Positions 51,165 to 64,000 of a stretch of DNA of 64,000 bases are shown one piece after another. This DNA is from Euprymna scolopes. Lineage: Eukaryota. The DNA is taken from NCBI GenBank assembly GCA_053919585.1, contig CM132823.1. The stretch is one strand, 5' to 3'. Numbering within the stretch: the stretch's first letter is position 1; each line of letters begins with the position of its first letter. The notes beneath the pieces were generated by a model. It was not told the DNA's origin. It saw only the letters and a list, made by a program, of their open reading frames with translations, and searched no databases. A program made the translations under genes and the position numbers.

Positions 51165-53754
51165 GAAATTTTTTCCAGTGTTCAAAAAAACAAGAACTAT
51201 TTTTGTGGTTCGCACGGAGAAAATGGAAGATTTTAAGGTAATAATCACACAGTTGCTAAAGATTCAAGTCAACCAGCAGTAAAAAAAAAAAACAAAAAAA
51301 AACAGAGGAAAATTTAAACAAACAAACTAGGCAACTCCACTTGCAATTCGAACAGCCGTATCATCATCAGCAACAACAGCTTTATTGCAGTTCCACCAGA
51401 GGCAGGAAGAAATGCGATAAAAGCAATTGCCGGAACAAGAAGATAAATAGCAACAGCGGCAAGAAATGTTGGAGGAAAAATTGTTATTTGAACAGAAATG
51501 ACAAGAATAACTTTTTAAAAAATGTTGGACAGGACGCAACACAGTGTTAACAGCACAGCTTTTTCCCAAAACACCATATGGAATTTCAATTGAAACGTTC
51601 ACCTACGTACCAGAGCAGGATAAGATGTTTGTTGCTTTTATAGGAGATACGAAGACTTATTCGCAGTTTATTACCAATAGTAGAGCAATGTACCCCCCCA
51701 AAAAACTAGCGACTACAGAACACAATAAGTTCGTTGACTATATACTACCCAAAAGATGAGTGAACTGGAATTCTCCGAAGCGATCAAGCTCATCTAAACT
51801 TTTCAGCAAAAGTGCGACACTTTTTCACATGAGATGGAAGTGCTTCAACCTGGCGAAATGCGACGACGAAGATTATCCCACCTTCGTGTTTAGTGTTAGC
51901 AAAATCTGTATCGACTTTCGTCTGGATTAACTATCAGTCGATAATTTTAAATATTTGATTTTTGCACTGGGTCTTGTCTTGGCAAAAACGAAGAAATAAG
52001 ACAATGAGTTTTCCCAAGACTCGAAAGCGAACAAGGATGCACACTGAAAAAACTGTCGGAAGATTGCCAAAGCGTATTCAGCGTAAAAAAACGACTCAAA
52101 AAACATAGTTGAGACAGGCGTGTCATACGTGCGAAGGACTATTCATAGACCAAAGGATTACTCTCTCAGGAAAAAAACAAAGTAAACGAATAGACCAACC
52201 AGACACAACCAAAGAGAGGTAATCAAATCTCCAAATAAAAAATCGCCCACAAGTCCGTGTAGTCGTGGCGAATAACATACTTTGAGAGAGAGCTTACACT
52301 TCCGGTGGCATTAAATGGTACCATAAAAAAGTAAGAGTCTTTGTGTACTAGACATTCGAAAATCTCTTTGGAACACATTGCATGGAGCGATTTAAACTGT
52401 AGGACCAACAGATAAACAAATTCTACCATGGAGTAATAAACTCGTGTATTGGGGCACATCAATTTAATAACGAGTTAAAAGGAACATTTCCAGAAGTATT
52501 TTCATGTGAACTAGGAAGATAAACCATGGCTATAGCCAGATTTGAGCTGAAGAGAAAAGCTCTGTTTTCAAGAAGAAGCGAAACGTCCCGTTTGCGACAG
52601 TTGCGAAAACTGATAAGTAACTAGATAGACTAGAAAAGGCCAGAATCCTATCTAAAGTAAGCATCAGTGAATGGGCTACCCCTATACGTTATGAAAAAGA
52701 CAAAAACATCGTGTATGTGCGAATTTTTCCACGGGTCTGAATGCGGATCTAAAAGATTGCTACTATCCCCTGCCCACACCAGAAGAGGCATTCAAACAAA
52801 CTCAGCGGTGGTACGATATTCTCTAAGGCGGATTTAAGTAACGCATATCTACAGATTCCCACCGAGGTTGAATACTCTAAACTCATTTGCATCAATACAC
52901 ATAAAGGAACTTACAAGTTTGAGAGGTTTTGTCGGCAGTGAAATAAGTCAGAGAGATGATTTAATTGTTCTACACTTGATAGACAGCATGCATCACTCTT
53001 CTTTAAACATATTGGAAACGCTTCAATGTATTTGTTTAACACTTGTAACATTTATATAATTCGCGCAGCAATTGGATCAATAAACAAATATATCCAACAA
53101 TATATCCAAATTTTATGCACATTTTGCGACAACCACATGTCAATGGAAAGATGTATTAAAATTAACACAGCAAAATTAATTCGATGCAGCCAGATGAATA
53201 TGAAACCAGATTAATAAAAACATTATAAAGCAAGCATTCTTTTGAAAGAGAACAACCTTCATAGATTTATCCAATCAATACGATTACTCATAAGCATATT
53301 TTACTTATTGCAGTATCAAAACTAAAAAAAAATTATTCTGCAGGTATTTCAGAATCGGGTTACTCAATGAAGGTGCAATTGGGCTCCATGAATAATTATA
53401 ATTAAAAAGCCCGGCGGTATTAGAATATACAGTGATTAAAAAATTGACGTTAACCAACAAATATGTTTTATATTCGTTTTCCTTACTGAGTATCGAAACT
53501 GGCAGCCATGAATTAGCAAATAGGAAACACATTGCAAAAATTGATTAAAAGTGTAAAATCGAATCGAAATAGACGATAAATACAAAGAAATTAAACACTG
53601 AAGAATCTCGTGGGATTATTGAGATGATCTCACATTTTGTTCGGAATTAAAACTGCAAGCCATATTTTTCAAAGAGGCATCTAGAAAATTTTATTAGAAA
53701 AAGTAAACAACATGATATTATGTCAAGATGATATATGCTTGGAAGTTCGTATTA

Positions 53755-54920
53755 GAGATTCTCACTCTCTTGGCAACTCCTCAACAGTGAGAGTGGTGGT
53801 CGTGTTCTGGGTTTTATTGTGCGCGGAAGTGGCTGAAAAGGCTGATCCTGGCCGTGTGTTGCATTTTACAGATAGGGCACGCAGCTTCATTACCATTTGG
53901 AATGTTAGCTTGAGAGCGGTTTTTTCTATACATCCTTCTGTCTTTTCTCCGAGGTTCATACTTCGGTTGGTTTGGATAGTAGGCGTGCCTTTCTAGTTTT
54001 ATAGCTTAATAGCTTTGTAGGCGACAGGCTGCCTACAGATTTACTTGTCCTTGGCGTGCGTCTTCTATGTGTATGTATTGAGGCCACACTTCTACAGGTT
54101 TGCTTTTAGAAGATCCTAATATCGTTTCTTCTGGCCTCCTCGATTGCGCTTTCCTTCTTTTAGAAGTCAATAGAAGTGTTTCGACATCTGGGAATCCGAT
54201 ATCCTGACAAAGTGGCTCGACCACTTCAGCCGTTCTTAATAATGATGTCTTCGATGTTAGTGGTTTTGGCCTTCTGGAGGGCACTGAGGTTAGTGCGATA
54301 GTCCTCTCAGGAGATTTCAGAATGCTACGCAGACAGCGTTGGCGAAACATTTTTAGCGCCTTCGTATATCGACTTATGATGACCAGGTATCTAGGCATAT
54401 AAAAACGCCAGGAGCACGTCAGCTTTGTGTACATTATTTTTGGTGCCTGCTTGGATGTCTCTGTCTTGGAACACATTGGTTCGAATTCGGCCATGGCGGC
54501 TCCGGTGCATTTTGCGTGGTATTGAACTTCGTCTTGGATGTTAGTGTTGGATGACAAGTGGCTTCCAAGGTATAAGAAGTGGTTCAAATTTTCCAGAGGT
54601 TTTCGGCGATGGTGAGGGAAGGAGTTGTAACGTCGGCCCTTTTCTGTGCTTTGATTAGGACACAGTCTGTGTCTTTGTTGGGTCAGTAGCAAGGCCGAGT
54701 TGGGTATAGACACGATTGAAGGCATTCATAATCTGCTACAGATGTTTTTCGAGATTGACGCCATGCAGTTGTCATCGACGTACTGGAATTCCATCAGGAA
54801 TGTAACTAAGGTTTTGTTTGCCCTCAGACAAGAGGGATTGAAAGTTCGCGCATTTGTTCTGTAGATTATGCCGAGTCATGGAGGAAGGTCATTCCTGATC
54901 ACGTGTGTTATGGCAGAGAT
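53755..54920 (-). mobile_element. 5'-truncated RTE-clade LINE nested in the Gypsy RT
   Basis: FQYVDD, FLYLGS, RQRCLRSIL and a C-terminal Cys/His remnant. Gypsy RT stops near 52925 and resumes near 54925. Confidence 0.8.
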
Positions 54921-55711
54921 TAATTAAGGACTAAAACAAATCTTACAAAGATTAAAGCAGGCAGTAATTACAGTAAATCGACAAATGTAAAATAATTGGT
55001 AAAAATATCTTATGTAGGATATCAAATATCTAAAGAAAGAATATGTCCTGACAAAAAGCTAATCAACAAAATTGCGAAAACGGAAAAACTCACGAACAAA
55101 AAATAATTTGGATCATTTCTGAGATTAATTAATTTCTAAAACAGAATGTTCTAATTGAACCATTTGTTGAAATGAGTTAAAGCATAGAATTTACATTGAT
55201 GCAAAAACAAAATTAGGTTTTCGAAGAATTAAAAGCCCTTGACAAGGAAAACCAGTAATAAAAAAATCATTCCTAATAAAGATATTACTTTAACAACAGA
55301 TGCAAGTGAACTTGTGATAGCAGGTGTTGTATCTCAAGAAGGATATCACATCATGTCGAGAAATTTCTCGTCGTCAGAATGCAATTATTCTAACATAGAA
55401 ATGGAATCGTTAGCCATAGTTTGGAGTATGGGAAAAGGACATATTTTGTGAGGCAAAACATTCCTCTTTAAATCAGACCACAAGCCTGTGGAATTCTTAT
55501 ATGTTACTTGATACACCATCCCGCATCATCGCGATTAATAATTAAGGGTAAAAATGGAAATAAACATGAAAATTACAGTTAGTGTATCCCCCCCCACACA
55601 CAAATAGTTAGTCCGTACTAATACCAAAACAAATGGGGGACCAATTAACGATTGTGGCCCTGGAAATGTCACTAAGGAAACGCAAACATGGCAAGGAGTT
55701 ATAAAAGCTAA

Positions 55712-55895
55712 NNNNNNNNNNNNNNNNNNNNNNNNNNNNNNNNNNNNNNNNNNNNNNNNNNNNNNNNNNNNNNNNNNNNNNNNNNNNNNNNNNNNNNNNN
55801 NNNNNNNNNNNNNNNNNNNNNNNNNNNNNNNNNNNNNNNNNNNNNNNNNNNNNNNNNNNNNNNNNNNNNNNNNNNNNNNNNNNNNNNNNNNNNNN
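55712..55895. other. Assembly gap (N run)
   Basis: Run of N. Confidence 0.99.
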
Positions 55896-58800
55896 CATCC
55901 GTCGGAGTAAGTAAAGCTAAGATGGCTGACTATGAAATTACACTGACCACCCGAGAGTCGTAACCCTCAGTAAATTTATACAGTTCGAAAGAGTTCATCT
56001 ATATTGCATGGAGGAGTCCCCACAACACATCCTCCCAAGCCTTTTTGCCACGCAAAAATACTTGTAAAATCAGTTCTGCTTCGGACTAATAGTCTGTAGG
56101 TTGTTAAATTTCCTCTCTTTCTCTTTCGCTGTTCAGGAAGTGTTTAGTCGCGATCGAACCTTTTGAAATTGTTGTCGATCAGTTTTCTCTTAATGTGTAT
56201 CAAGTGTAATCTGAGTGACCATTTTTGTGTGTTCAAGTAACGTTCTGTGACGTCTTGTACCTTGTATGGTATACTCGATATCGCGAATCCTTTAAAATTT
56301 GATTTAAGTTCTGCGTCTCTTTAGTAACATCATTCATTAATTTCTGAATGGCATCTTACTTCCATTGCGCAGGTTCGGTTAAATTAGTATTTTTTTTTTC
56401 ATGTTTATACACAGGGAATGACATGTCAGAAGCTGATAAAGTCGAATAATTTTATATCTGGTAATCCTACTTTTTGCATGAGTGGATATTGTTTTTTATT
56501 TTTCTTTGAACGCTTCAACTATTTTTTTGTTTGTTTGCGTTTAAAGAAAACATCTTTTTTATACAACTCTATTTGTGACGCTTTTATTTTCTATTCACTT
56601 TTTAATGGTTGCTCCCTGATTTTTCGACGTATTTTTTAATTATACGCGTTATTCTCATTACTGTTTTCTTAACTTACTGTATGCAACTCATTTTAAGTCT
56701 TTGCTTGTTTTTTATAAACTGCTTCATTTTGGAGAGATTATGTACGGTACGTTTTCGTTTCTTTGGCGTTCTTCAGCTTATTTATTTTCTGATAAAACTG
56801 TTGGCTGATAAATTCCAAAGTCGAAAATATTAATTCAATTCAGACCAAATAGATTTGAAATTTTTAGGAACTTATTAATATTACCGTTTAAATTTACTGG
56901 CAAAAATACTTTTAATAAAATCAATTTTACTCCCAAATCTGACTTTGAATGTTTTAATGCGGTTTAAGTTTCCGCCATGTATGCAAATTTATAATTGATA
57001 GATCGGATCCAGTGTCTTGCTGTAATGTCACGGTTTTATTAATATCTTGACAATTAGGGATTTGCGTAAATTCTCGCCAGTCTTTTCGCTGGATATTGTC
57101 TGACAATGTTTTTATTTTTTTTAGTTCGACAATGCGACATTTTGTGACCAAGTTTGCCACAATTTGTATACTTTTTCTTTCGAAATGGGTATAATTATTC
57201 CCAAAGCAATTCGCCGCATCGGTAATATGGACTAGGAGGTAAATTTTCTTGTTTTTGAAAAGTCTGTTTTTAACCCGTGAGTAGCCATTTTCATTTTATG
57301 GAAATAACCTGTTGTTTTATACAACAGCTGGACATATTCGTTTTTTACTTTTTTGGAAGTGTCATTTTTAGAATTGTACTTTAGTCTCCTGACATAAACT
57401 ACACCCGACTCCCGAATTTTTTTAGTCATTTCTCATTCTTAAAACTCTTTAGCAATATTCTGAAAAATCTGTAATGTAGATTAGGTTTGTTTCCGAGTTT
57501 TTTCAATACTCTCTGTTTGATTTCAGCAGCTTTTGCGGATGCCAACCCTTGCGCAAAAATTAGGCATTTGAAATCATCTGCCGATAATTCCGTTAGCTTC
57601 AAATTGTCGCAGTGCATGTTAATGACCAACGAGAACGTGAAACAATCTCCGTCGTCTCGCATAGCCAAATGTAAGCAATGCCATCTCTTATGAAAAAGGG
57701 ATGTAATTTGATCGAAAGTTCTGAGAGTAAGTTAACGGTTTCCGCGAACTGCAAATCCGTAGTCTTTTTGGATAGAATGCAGTCTATAAATTTTCTGTGT
57801 TCTGTACTTCGAAGCTTTCTTAAAAGCAGGCGGACCTTTTTCGCATCAGGTCAATCTACGCTATCGACGTTGAAAAATTCTCCGTATCGTCTGAAGACTG
57901 CGTCTTGTAGTTAAAACTCTGAAATGTTTTCTAAATTGTATTTTACGAAAACGCTGTATCGCTATCCGCCTTATGTTTATTGGATAAGCTTTTGAGAAAT
58001 AATTCATGATTCTTTTGTATACGTTCTTCCATTTGGAGCTGTTGATTTTGAATGTTGTATTTCCTGTAGTTGGTGAATTAATTGTTTTTGTAATTCCTGT
58101 TGTTGGAGGGACATCTTTTCTTCAGTTTTTTGTTGGTGAAGTATTTGTTGTTTCTGGAGTTCTTGTTGCTGTTGGAACATCCGAAAAATTATCTCTTTTA
58201 AGTACTTCACCTTGTGGACCCCCTGTTTTCTCCAAAATAAAATTTTACTTACACGAGAAAAAAAAAAAAAAGAAAAACGCTGTAATACTTATTAATTACA
58301 GTTTAACGGTCTACGTTGCAAGAGTACTATACTATAATACTAATTTGAGCAAAACGAGCTGTTTTTTTTATTTTAAGTGAAACGTCTTTGCATACAGATT
58401 TTAGGCATTTTTTTTCTTTTTTTTTGTTGTTGGTGTCCAACAAAACGACTTTTTCGCATTAGTTGAAAATAAAACTCGATCTTTCCGTAATCCGATAGCC
58501 TTGGTGTGCACTTATTTTTTAAGTTTAAACTTTCATTAATGGTTCTTATTTTGAAATTTCACTTGTTGTGAGTTTTTTCTTTTGTGAATTCGAATGTTTG
58601 ACGTCCAAAAATGCCAACACTGAATTTATCTTTCGCGTAGATTCGCGAATCCTCATTCGTTATGTTGTTGTAGATAATCCCTTTTGAAAATTCGAATCTC
58701 TTGTCGCCAACTTCTTGTGGCCTTGGGAGGATCATTAAGGAAACACGGAGATGAGTTAAAAAAAGTAAAATATATTGAACAAAAAAAAAACAGCATATAA

Positions 58801-59248
58801 AAGGAACAACCGTCGTAGGAAGTACCGACAAGATGGCGGACTACAAAAATATACTGACTAATATTTATCCCTCTCCCACCGAGAGAGGATATGACACAAT
58901 GACGGAAAGTGTGAAAATGAGTTAGTGCTTCAAAATAAGGAATACTTCGGCCCTACAAAAATATGCCTGAGTAGCCCCGTCGGCATTCCCTGCTGAGGGC
59001 GTTCTAGGCAACAAGAGATAAACTTGCTTTTTCCGAAAGCCGGGGGGGGGGAGGCGAGGTCTGGAAGGGTGGACCTCATAGAGCTACACTGAACATTTTG
59101 CATCAATCCGACAGCAGAAAGGCCCAGTTTCTGTTAAACTGATTGCCGATGTTGGAACCTCGACGTGCATTCTGAGAGTCGGAATTCTCAGTTAATTTAT
59201 ACAGCTCGGAAGAGTTCATTTTTAGTGCGTGAGTGAGTCTCCACTACA
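55896..59248 (-). mobile_element. Gypsy (Mag-like) deletion derivative: LTR-PBS-gag-PR-PPT-LTR, no RT seen
   Basis: 5' LTR ~58716-59248. The 3' LTR starts at 56027 (55957-56027 matches 59178-59248) and runs into the gap. PBS TGGCGACAAG at 58700-9; PPT GGGAGGATG at 56028-36. Q-rich gag, LSADDFKCLIFAQGL, protease QDTGSDLSII. Confidence 0.85.
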
Positions 59249-60304
59249 ATAACATAAAAGTGCGTATTAATAATTTACATATTTAGGAGTTTTTAAATTA
59301 ACGTTGAGATTATTTTTCAAATTACTTTTTAAATGTTTCTCTACAAAAAGCAAATATATGCAAAACAGTACAAATCTTCACATAATGAGACATTACTAAT
59401 CAACCTATTTTCAATTCATGGAAAATTTTAATTTTTATGATTAAATGGTGAAATTGAGCTAAAAGCCAACATGAATAGATTGAGGACATTGCCAACACAC
59501 ACACACAATAAGAAAAACATAAAGCAGAGAGTGAGAGATTTTTCATATTACTATTAGGACTTAGGGTTAGTCGTAGGGTTAAAAAGAGGCATGTGATTTT
59601 TAATGACTTTACATGAGACAATGTACCAGTGAGAAATATGTAACAATATTGATGCACATCTGTGTGTTGGTTCCCATACACTTACAAGCACGTACCTTTC
59701 CTTAACTTTCTGAAAAGAAGTGGCAATCACCGTAACAGACTTTGATACACTGACATAACAATTTTTCGATTTGCAGTTATTAATAACTAAGGTCATGTCA
59801 GGCAAAAAGTCTGTCATTCCATTTAGGTTTTCATATTGAAAGAGAAAGAAGGAAATGCAAAATATTCGGTTAAAAAACTGAAAGTCATGGTATAAAAATT
59901 CTAATAATATTTTGAAAATGCTCGTTATATGTTTGAGCTGAAAGGATAAAAGGTGATCGATTTTTAGCATTGATTTCGACATTTTTTATTTGCTGTTGTG
60001 TAGGAGGCGGAGCGTAATATGTCCGTTGACATTAAACATTCATTAAGAAAAACAAATTTTTATTATATGGGAGGTTGAGAGAGTCGGGGCTTTTACAGTA
60101 GATTTTAGTTATTTTTTAATTTATTTTTTAATTTTTATTAATTTTAATTATTTGTTTTTGTCTATTTCTTTTTTTCCATTTTCAAGCAAGCAGAGGTTAA
60201 AATTAATATTAAAATTAAATTTAATAATAATAAATATGATGATAGTAATAGTAATATAATAAACAACAGAAATAGTACTAGTAATAACATAATATTAAAT
60301 GGTT

Positions 60305-60313
60305 ATACTACTT

Positions 60314-60352
<39 letters not shown>

Positions 60353-60376
60353 ATAATAATAATAATAATAATAATA
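60305..60376. repeat. Compound (CTA)n(ATA)n microsatellite
   Basis: Directly visible. Confidence 0.9.
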
Positions 60377-60699
60377 CCAATGACAGAAACAGGGATTCTC
60401 TCTACAAGTTTATCGTATATTATGGATTTGTTTATTTTTTATTTATGTATAAACATGTTTAAATGTGTGCATCATCGTCGTCGTCGTCGTCGTCGAGGAT
60501 ACTTGCCGTTTGATATCGGTTTTGGGTCGAAAGAGTACTAATATTGGCCGATGATCTTTCTAGAGCTTGTGTCATGGTTGGTTGCAGCCATAAACTCAAC
60601 GGTAAGGAAGTGCCAGTTTGACGTCTAGCAGGGCTAATTAAGTTCTATATGCAGGTGAAGCGTTCTTTAGCTTTGATTGGCAGTCATGTAGAGATGGTG

Positions 60700-63610
60700 T
60701 CTCGATAAAAATACCGAGGAAGGAATCTCCACGAATACAACTCATTCTTATGATGAATATAAATATAAATAAATTAAATCTGGGGAGGACTACACTTTTT
60801 GTGCAAAACTCTGAGCCCTCCGGGTCAGAAGTTCAAACGGGCATCACTTCTAAAGTATCGAATTTACCCAAATCAAAGAAATTCAATTGCTATACTGGTA
60901 GGAAATCGGTGAAGAGATTTGGTGGCGTGAAAAGAAAGTGGAACAAGGAAGAACACAAGTTTGCAGTGGAATGGTAACTGAGAATAGTATTGGATAGTCA
61001 TACACGAAGAATTGGAAAGATGACATTGAGATGCTGGGGAGAACAAGAAGGCATGTTTGAAATGATGGAAAATAAGCTGATGAATCAGATGAGAACAATA
61101 CTTAGAAAAGGATGACTTACGTCAGTTGAAATAGAATCGATTAGGAGGAGGGTATTGAACAGCCAATCGCATGTTGCATAAGCCGGTGGCATTGACCATG
61201 CTCGATTTTGATTCTGTTAAAACACTTCCAGAAATGTCTCTCAGATACCAAAAGTTAGAAGAAGAAAGCAGAAATTACACTATGGGAATGATAGATAATG
61301 ATATACTCCAAAAGCTTATTTAATAATGGTGAGATTTCCAGTGCAGAAATAACAGATGATGAATTAAATTTGCTGAAGAGAATGAAAGAATTAATGAGAA
61401 TGAGTGAAAAAGGAAGATTTTCATTGCAAAAATATTGACAAAATTAAGGAATGCGACAAATAAAGAGATCAGAATAATGAATTAGATATCACTAGAGAGC
61501 ATAAACGATGTCAGAGACATTTTGAAAGCAGGAGTTGTATTGCTTGATGAAATGGTAGGGATGAAGGAGTAAAATTAAAACAGAAAAAAACATATTGGAG
61601 AAGAAGAATAGAAGGTGACCTGACGAGATTAAGGAAAGATTTAGGTCGAATTCAGACATGGTTTAAAGGACAATGGAAAAATGTAAACACGAAGAAAAAG
61701 AAGAACTGGATAGACGATATAAACTGAAAGCCAAGGGGTTTAATACAAATATGGAAGAGATAAAGCAGCTGATTATGGCAAAAGCTTCCAAGATTAGGAG
61801 GTATAATGTCAGAATTTAACAGTTTAATGACAAGTTATTCAAAACAAACAAGTCAAGGTTTTTTAGAAATCTGGAAGGAGATAAAACCAAAAAACAGTGG
61901 CCCCTAACCCTCAAGCGGCTACAAAGCTTTGAGCAAGTACATGGTCAACAGAGACTTCTCACAAGGTTTATGCTAACTGGGTCGCTAGAATAAATGAATA
62001 ATCAGAAGGGAATAAAGAAGAGCATATCCACATTTTTGTTGAAGATTTGAGCAAGCAAATTAAGTTTGTGCCTCAGTGGAAAAGACCCAGATCTAATGGT
62101 ACTATTTGCAATCTTTCACAGGAGTCCATTAGAGGCTTGCTGTTTCTCTGTATGATTGTGTCAGGTTGTGCGAGATACAAGAATGACTTGTAGTGGGAAA
62201 TGCTATTTTTAAAACGAAATATCCTGCTAAAGGGCCAGATGTTGAAAATTATAGACTAATAGCTTGCTTGAACTTGCTTTGGAATAAACTGACAGGAATA
62301 ATCAGTCCGAAAGTATATCAACATTTTGAAGTAAATGGTTCAGTACCAGTGAAACAAAAAGGCGGGAGGAGAAGGTGTTTAGGAACAAAAGACCAACTAT
62401 CGATTGATAAATGTATGCTAAAGAACTTCAAAATGAGAAAAAACAAACTTGAATGTAGCTTGGATAGATGACAGGAAGGCTTACGATATGATCCTGCATT
62501 CGTGGGTATTCAGGACGTGTAAAATAGTAAGGGTGGCTATAAATATAATTGAGTTCATAGGGAAAAGTATGAGCAGTTGGAAAATCAAGTTTTTGCAGAT
62601 GGGAGTCTATTAGCGACAGTCAACATCAGACGTGGTATCAAAAAAACAACTCCATTGTGAAATATAAATATCTAATGTAATAATGTGATTGAAGAAAGGA
62701 GATCAGATTTGGTCTTGTTGGAAAACAGACACACAATGCTTTAATCATTGATATAACAATGGCGGCTGATGTGAATGTGGAGAAAAAATAAAAAGAAGTT
62801 TTGAAAAGTATCAATACTTGAAAAGGGAGGTACAAACTCATAAACTCATCCAAGTAAGAAGACCAGACATCATAATAATTAACGAGAAGGAAGATATTTC
62901 CAAATTGTAGATTTTGCCGTCCCAACAAATTACAAGGCGAAGATCAAAGAGACAGAAAAACGAAACAAATATGCAGAACTTGCCAAAGAACTGAAAGGAA
63001 TATGGAACATGAAGAAAAACAATATAATACCAATAATTGTAGGAGCACTAGGAACAGTCCTCAAAAACATGAATAAAAGACTATGGTAAATGTATAAAAA
63101 GCAGCTGTAATCTTAAATAAAACACTTAAATGTGGAAACAAACCATATGAGCTACAAACGCTTACTAGCCATATGAAAACTGCAATAAAAATTAGACAAA
63201 AAGATAACGGAACCAAGAAAACTGCAAAATTTTAAATTAATTACTCCCCTCCATCCCCCAAATAAAAGAATTGTTATATTAGCATAGACTGGCACTACAC
63301 CAAATAGTTGTGAAGAATCAAGGAGGATGGAAAGACCAAGAAAAGAAATTACTAATCAAACCTTCACTAGATTAGTGCAATCAGGACTGGAATCTGGAAG
63401 AGACTTATTACCACCCAAATCCAGTGAAGTGAGATATCAATGGCAAGCGGCTGTTACAATAATGCAAATTCATTTGCGAAGGTGTTAAAAGAGACGGAGA
63501 GTATTGAAAACATGGAGAGACTTGTTGTCACCTAGGTTCCAGGGAACATCACCAATTATTATCGGTGACTAATCACTGATGATTATCCGTGTAAGAACTC
63601 GGAGTGAGTA

Positions 63611-63648
<38 letters not shown>
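60700..63648 (+). mobile_element. R4/Dong-like non-LTR retrotransposon (RT + restriction-like endonuclease), decayed, with (TAA)n tail
   Basis: NYRLIACLNLLW, QKGGRR..GTKDQLSIDK, AWIDxRKAYD..HSW. RLE RRPDI..IVDFAVP..KYAEL..IIVGALGTV. (TAA)n at 63612-63648. Confidence 0.85.
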
Positions 63649-64000
63649 GAGCAAATTATAAAAGGAGTATAATATGCATAAACAATGAGAATTATAATGG
63701 TGGCTCGGAGATTGGTGATCATTTTATATTGAATTTATATGTGAAACTGACCTTCCATTGTAAATTTAAATTTTTCTCTATATTTCGTTGAACTTGCAAT
63801 CAAACAGAAATTTAACTGTAATGCAATCTTACTCTTGTCCTGCTCCTCACCAAAGTTTCACTCCTCCATAATAAATAAATAAATTTTAATGCCTTGCTCG
63901 TCACCCAGGTTGATCACACTCTCCACAAAAAATTTAAAAAAATCTGGTTCCAATCACAGTAGCCCCTTACGCTTCATGTTTTGCTTGGAGTGAATGAAAT

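Larger units (their letters stand above)
50048..55711 (+). mobile_element. Gypsy (Mag-like) LTR retrotransposon, heavily decayed and interrupted
   Basis: Putative LTR containing (GA)n; PBS TGGTGACGAG at ~50322. Q-rich gag from ~51223. RT SEWATP, YPLPTPEE, FSKADLSNAYLQ. RNase H TTDASE, YSNIE, SDHKP. Runs into the gap. Confidence 0.85.

Noticed and set aside
59554-59982. 142-aa ORF with possible donors near 59685 and 59696 as a further host exon
   Set aside because: The acceptor is ambiguous, no domain is recognisable, and the phases do not clearly fit the 49679 candidate.

Overview
AT-rich, repeat-dense eukaryotic (invertebrate-like) genomic DNA with two assembly gaps (20416-20699, 55712-55895). 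One host gene can be assembled by hand on the minus strand from seven phase-compatible GT-AG exons (34456 down to 10078). It encodes C-type lectin, LDLa and CUB domains in that order, which resembles the N-terminus of Uninflatable-type giant receptors. The gene continues leftward past a roughly 8 kb array of a 37-bp satellite. The rest is mostly decayed, nested transposons: mariner, RTE, CR1-like and R4/Dong-like LINEs, Copia, several Gypsy-like LTR elements and minisatellites. Almost all ORFs in the supplied track are TE fragments or noise. The most notable observation is that three LTR elements with unrelated LTRs (a TRIM-like element at 8.3-9.5 kb and Gypsy-like elements at 41.6-42.7 kb and 45.0-49.4 kb) carry the same motif, AGCTATTTCG(G/A)(C/A), at the primer-binding-site position. 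This is the reverse complement of the first 11-12 nt of metazoan tRNA-Phe(GAA), not its 3' CCA end, which suggests priming by a short 5' tRNA fragment. All family assignments are from motif recognition; no database search was run.
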